From Bigelowiella natans CCMP2755 (Eukaryota > Protista > Cercozoa): a stretch of DNA of 64,000 nt. Positions within the stretch are counted from its first letter, which is position 1. Every line of letters begins with the position of its first letter. This document shows positions 49,848 through 64,000 of the stretch, one piece after another. Both the position numbers and the translations under genes were made by a program. The stretch lies in assembly GCA_000320545.1 (NCBI GenBank), contig ADNK01002960.1:66505-130504 (forward strand), given 5' to 3'. The notes beneath the pieces were generated by a model that saw only the letters and a program-made list of their open reading frames with translations, was not told where the DNA came from and did not search any database.

Positions 49848-50173
49848 CTCCCATTATCTTTTCTCCTCCTCCCTCTCTCGCCCCACTCTGCCGTTTTCTT
49901 TATACATCGGCGTGTGGTAGAATGCAGTATCTTTTACACACACACACACACACACCGCACTTGGCCTAACTATCAACAAACGACCTTGTTCATTGATTTC
50001 ATCACTTTTCTATGGCCGTCGGACATTTTCTCCGCATTCATTCGCCCTTTCTCCATCTGGGTACAACGCATTTGAGGAGTATTCAAAGTGCACTTGTAAG
50101 CGAAAGAAAATAAGCGAAACGAGACTTCGTATAAACACTTTGGAGGGTGGTGATGCTAACTTGGTTGCATATG

Positions 50174-50213
<40 letters not shown>

Positions 50214-50877
50214 GGTTAAATACTAATGCAATTAATATACCGGTATTGTTTTATATGTAACATATGAGAATCGTTATTAACGCACCCATTCTTCGAAGTC
50301 CTTGCAGCTCCATATCTGTCACATGTCAGGAGCAATGATGCTCAGTCACGTTATCATAAAATATACACACGCATGCGTGTAGTCTAAGTATCTAACGAAA
50401 GACCGTCAGAGTGGTAAATACTCTCAGAGGAGAGGGGGGGGAGAGGTTAGTGTTGCGCATAGAAGGGAAGTAGGTTTGCGTGTATTGATCATAGCGAAGC
50501 TGCACTTCACACGGAATAAACGAATGCATCCAGTTTCGACAAGCGTGGCAAGGAAAGCGTCTTCAAGCTACCTCAAGCCACTTCTCGTTGCACCACTTAT
50601 GCTGAAAGAAAGGAGTGGACAAAATGTTTGATAAGGTATGGAGGGATCCTTTCCGTACTTTCATGCGGTGATAACGATTTCCGCGTTAGTTGTGATGGAA
50701 AGCTAGTATAGAAGTGATGTTGTTACTCACCTCCAGAGGAAACGGCTGCATAATCGCTAGGCCCGCTTGAATGTGCTCGAGAAGCTCGATTTGGTCCCAT
50801 CGGAATACACTGATAAGCAGTATGTGTTTCGTTCTTCCCCTTGGATTTCTCTCTCTCGTTATTTCTCTCTCTCTCGT

Positions 50878-50937
<60 letters not shown>

Positions 50938-50958
50938 TCGTGTGTGTGTGTGTGTGTC

Positions 50959-50990
<32 letters not shown>

Positions 50991-51025
50991 TGTGTTTGAA
51001 GTACAGCGCGCGTGCAGCTTGGCAT
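30830..51025 (-). CDS. Intron-dense hybrid histidine kinase: PAS-like region - HisKA - HATPase - receiver - class III nucleotide cyclase - coiled-coil tail
   Basis: Short exons in order: VFRWDQIELLEHIQ (~50800), SQMIYPGG (~49600), LITIFNTNGEVLIQNPR (~48500), VWHDIRAV (~47080), DPVSGKPSIIMNQSDISELK (~46730), H-box VEKDRFFAGVSHELRTPLHGIMG (46190-46124), RLLNLVNEILNMSKI (~45570), N-box NLIGNACKFT (~44260), G1 VEDTGIGI (~43735), IFTVFEQAD (~43385), G2 GTGLGLPLS (~42980), receiver VLSVDDDPVNQ (~40640), PDVILL|DVMMPGMSG (~39840/39520), GANDYVSKPF (~38965), cyclase SVTILFA|DIEDF, TFGDVYM, VRVGVHTG, PRYCYFGDT (38150-36100), TKTFLL (~34820), then coiled-coil exons (EIRERNKDLLKIQKKNDELTR ~34060). Start (51025) and 3' end are approximate; the coiled-coil part could be a separate gene. 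Confidence 0.85.
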
Positions 51026-52227
51026 TAGCTTGCGAAGGGCAGTAACCCCTGTGACTAAGCGTGCTAAATCAGTTGCTACCGATTTTCTGACATCTTTCCG
51101 TTGACAATAAACGAGAGTTCCTAAACCGTTGGTAGCCTAAACGTGAGAATAAATCCGTCGTGGAGTGAACGAGGGAACATACAACACACACGCCTTCATA
51201 CAATGGCCTCCCATGCTGTCAGGGTGGACAGAACAACTTTTGCTGTTCTTAAGTTACTACCTTCAGCCTATAATCCCGTTGCTCATTTGATGACTTCTGT
51301 GAATATGGCGCGTGCCCTGGTGAATTCCAATCAACTCTCAGAGACATTGGTCCGACGAATCCCACATCTTTGCAAAACAAGGCGACTATTCCTACTCTAT
51401 TCCACCAATAAAAGCCCCGGTTTACACATAGTAATATTGACGGTAGCAGGCAACTATAGGAGAGTGGAAGAGGGAGGGGTGACAGTGAGTCTACTACTCC
51501 GAACAACGCCCTCCCCCGCCCCCTTGGAGAGGAGTTTCAATACCACGGTCAGATTTTGAATTCCAGAAATATTTTCCGATTTATCAAAATTTTAGGCTAT
51601 TTTTATAGTACATTACTTTTAAATTATTGTCGCTCATACTAATTGGCAAAGTATCTACCTCGGCTTTCGGTCTCCTGGCGGCTCTACTTGCCCGGAGCAG
51701 TTACCGGCCTCAGGGGGAGGCACGTTGATGTGAATAGATTTTTTTTTTTGAATATATCTTCGTATAGTTTTAACCTTTTTTAAAATATAATGATTTTATA
51801 AATCTATCAAATTGTCATTTACAACACTATTTTCAATTTATTTATTTTGGATATATGAACGATATTTTCCGGCCTAAATGTTATTCGAATCCCCGGCCGG
51901 CGACGATCAGAGAAGAGGTTCGAGACTCTCGTCAAAAGCATGTGTGACATCTTAAGTCGTCTTTAATGATTAGCGACAACCAATATTCTCTGTCGTAATA
52001 TTTAAATATAAGCGATATACGAATAAAGTTGTACTAATAACCGTTTCCCTTTGGAATGAAGACATGAATGGCCGCGGATTTTCTTCTTATTTTCAGTTTT
52101 TTCCTACATTTTACCCAAGAATACACTCCGTTTTTTTAAAACATTGTCCTGCCTGAAACGAGCTTCCCCTTCCCCCTCATCGCTACTATCAGAGCACAGC
52201 CCGGCTATCGCCACGGGAGAGGCTGCC

Positions 52228-63304
<11,077 letters not shown>

Positions 63305-63325
63305 GTAGTATACACTTGTAGCACG

Positions 63326-63367
<42 letters not shown>

Positions 63368-63439
63368 ACAGTCTCACCGAGCATGATAATACGATAATGG
63401 TAAAAATATATATGTATATATATATATATATATATAAAA

Positions 63440-63480
<41 letters not shown>

Positions 63481-64000
63481 CGTGTTTTCTCTTCTGCCCA
63501 AATGCCCCTCCCACTCCAGTGTACGGATTGAGTTTATGATACCGGTTTTGTTCCATTCATCTTCTTCTTCGCCCTCGCGTGTGCGTGCGTCCTCGTGGAG
63601 AGATCCATTACGGTGTTATCCATTGTTTCTCTTTTCTGTCGAGTATCTTTAGTTTCGTCCTAATAGCAACAAATACGCAGTCAGTACATTGTGTTCACAG
63701 TAGACTTATATTTGTGACCGGGAGGCCAGCACTGTATTGTTCATCGTTGCCCTTGGGATTGAGGGCGTCTGATTCTGCCCGCAGTGTAAATAAATTAGAC
63801 CATATTGATTTTAAACTAAGTTCGATGATTGTAGAAGAGTACCATCATCATTCACGATGGGCATTGGGAGAGGCGCGCGGCCAGCACAGCAGCCTAAAAT
63901 GGCGAACATCGGCACATAAATTTATACTAATATATTCGTCGTCGTTTTCAAAACACTAAGCTGATGCAGCCTCTCCTATGACACGCTCTATCTTCTTGAT

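Overview
Eukaryotic (protist-like; organism not identifiable from sequence alone) nuclear DNA with two compartments. Left part (1-~30.9 kb): compact genes (COG0523/CobW-family GTPase, an intronless ABC-F ATPase with a C-terminal Tudor domain, a divergent pair of kinase-kelch genes sharing a ~1.15 kb near-identical inverted duplication, an ankyrin gene) interspersed with mutated repeat DNA, including a PIF/Harbinger transposase. Right part (~30.9-64 kb): two very intron-dense genes with (TA)n/(CA)n/(GA)n microsatellites in their introns, namely a minus-strand PAS-histidine kinase-receiver-nucleotide cyclase-coiled-coil gene and a plus-strand coiled-coil/Sel1-repeat gene that probably runs off the window. 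The most striking signal is a ~9 kb block (6.8-15.8 kb) in which, by manual reading, the dinucleotide TpA is absent except inside CTAG. Codon changes in the transposase (Tyr->His/Cys, Ile->Met/Thr) and TG-versus-CA differences between repeat copies indicate TA->TG/CA (A->G on either strand) hypermutation. This is the opposite direction to fungal RIP and is a candidate repeat-targeted adenine-editing genome-defence system. All counts and exon models were made by eye and need computational confirmation.
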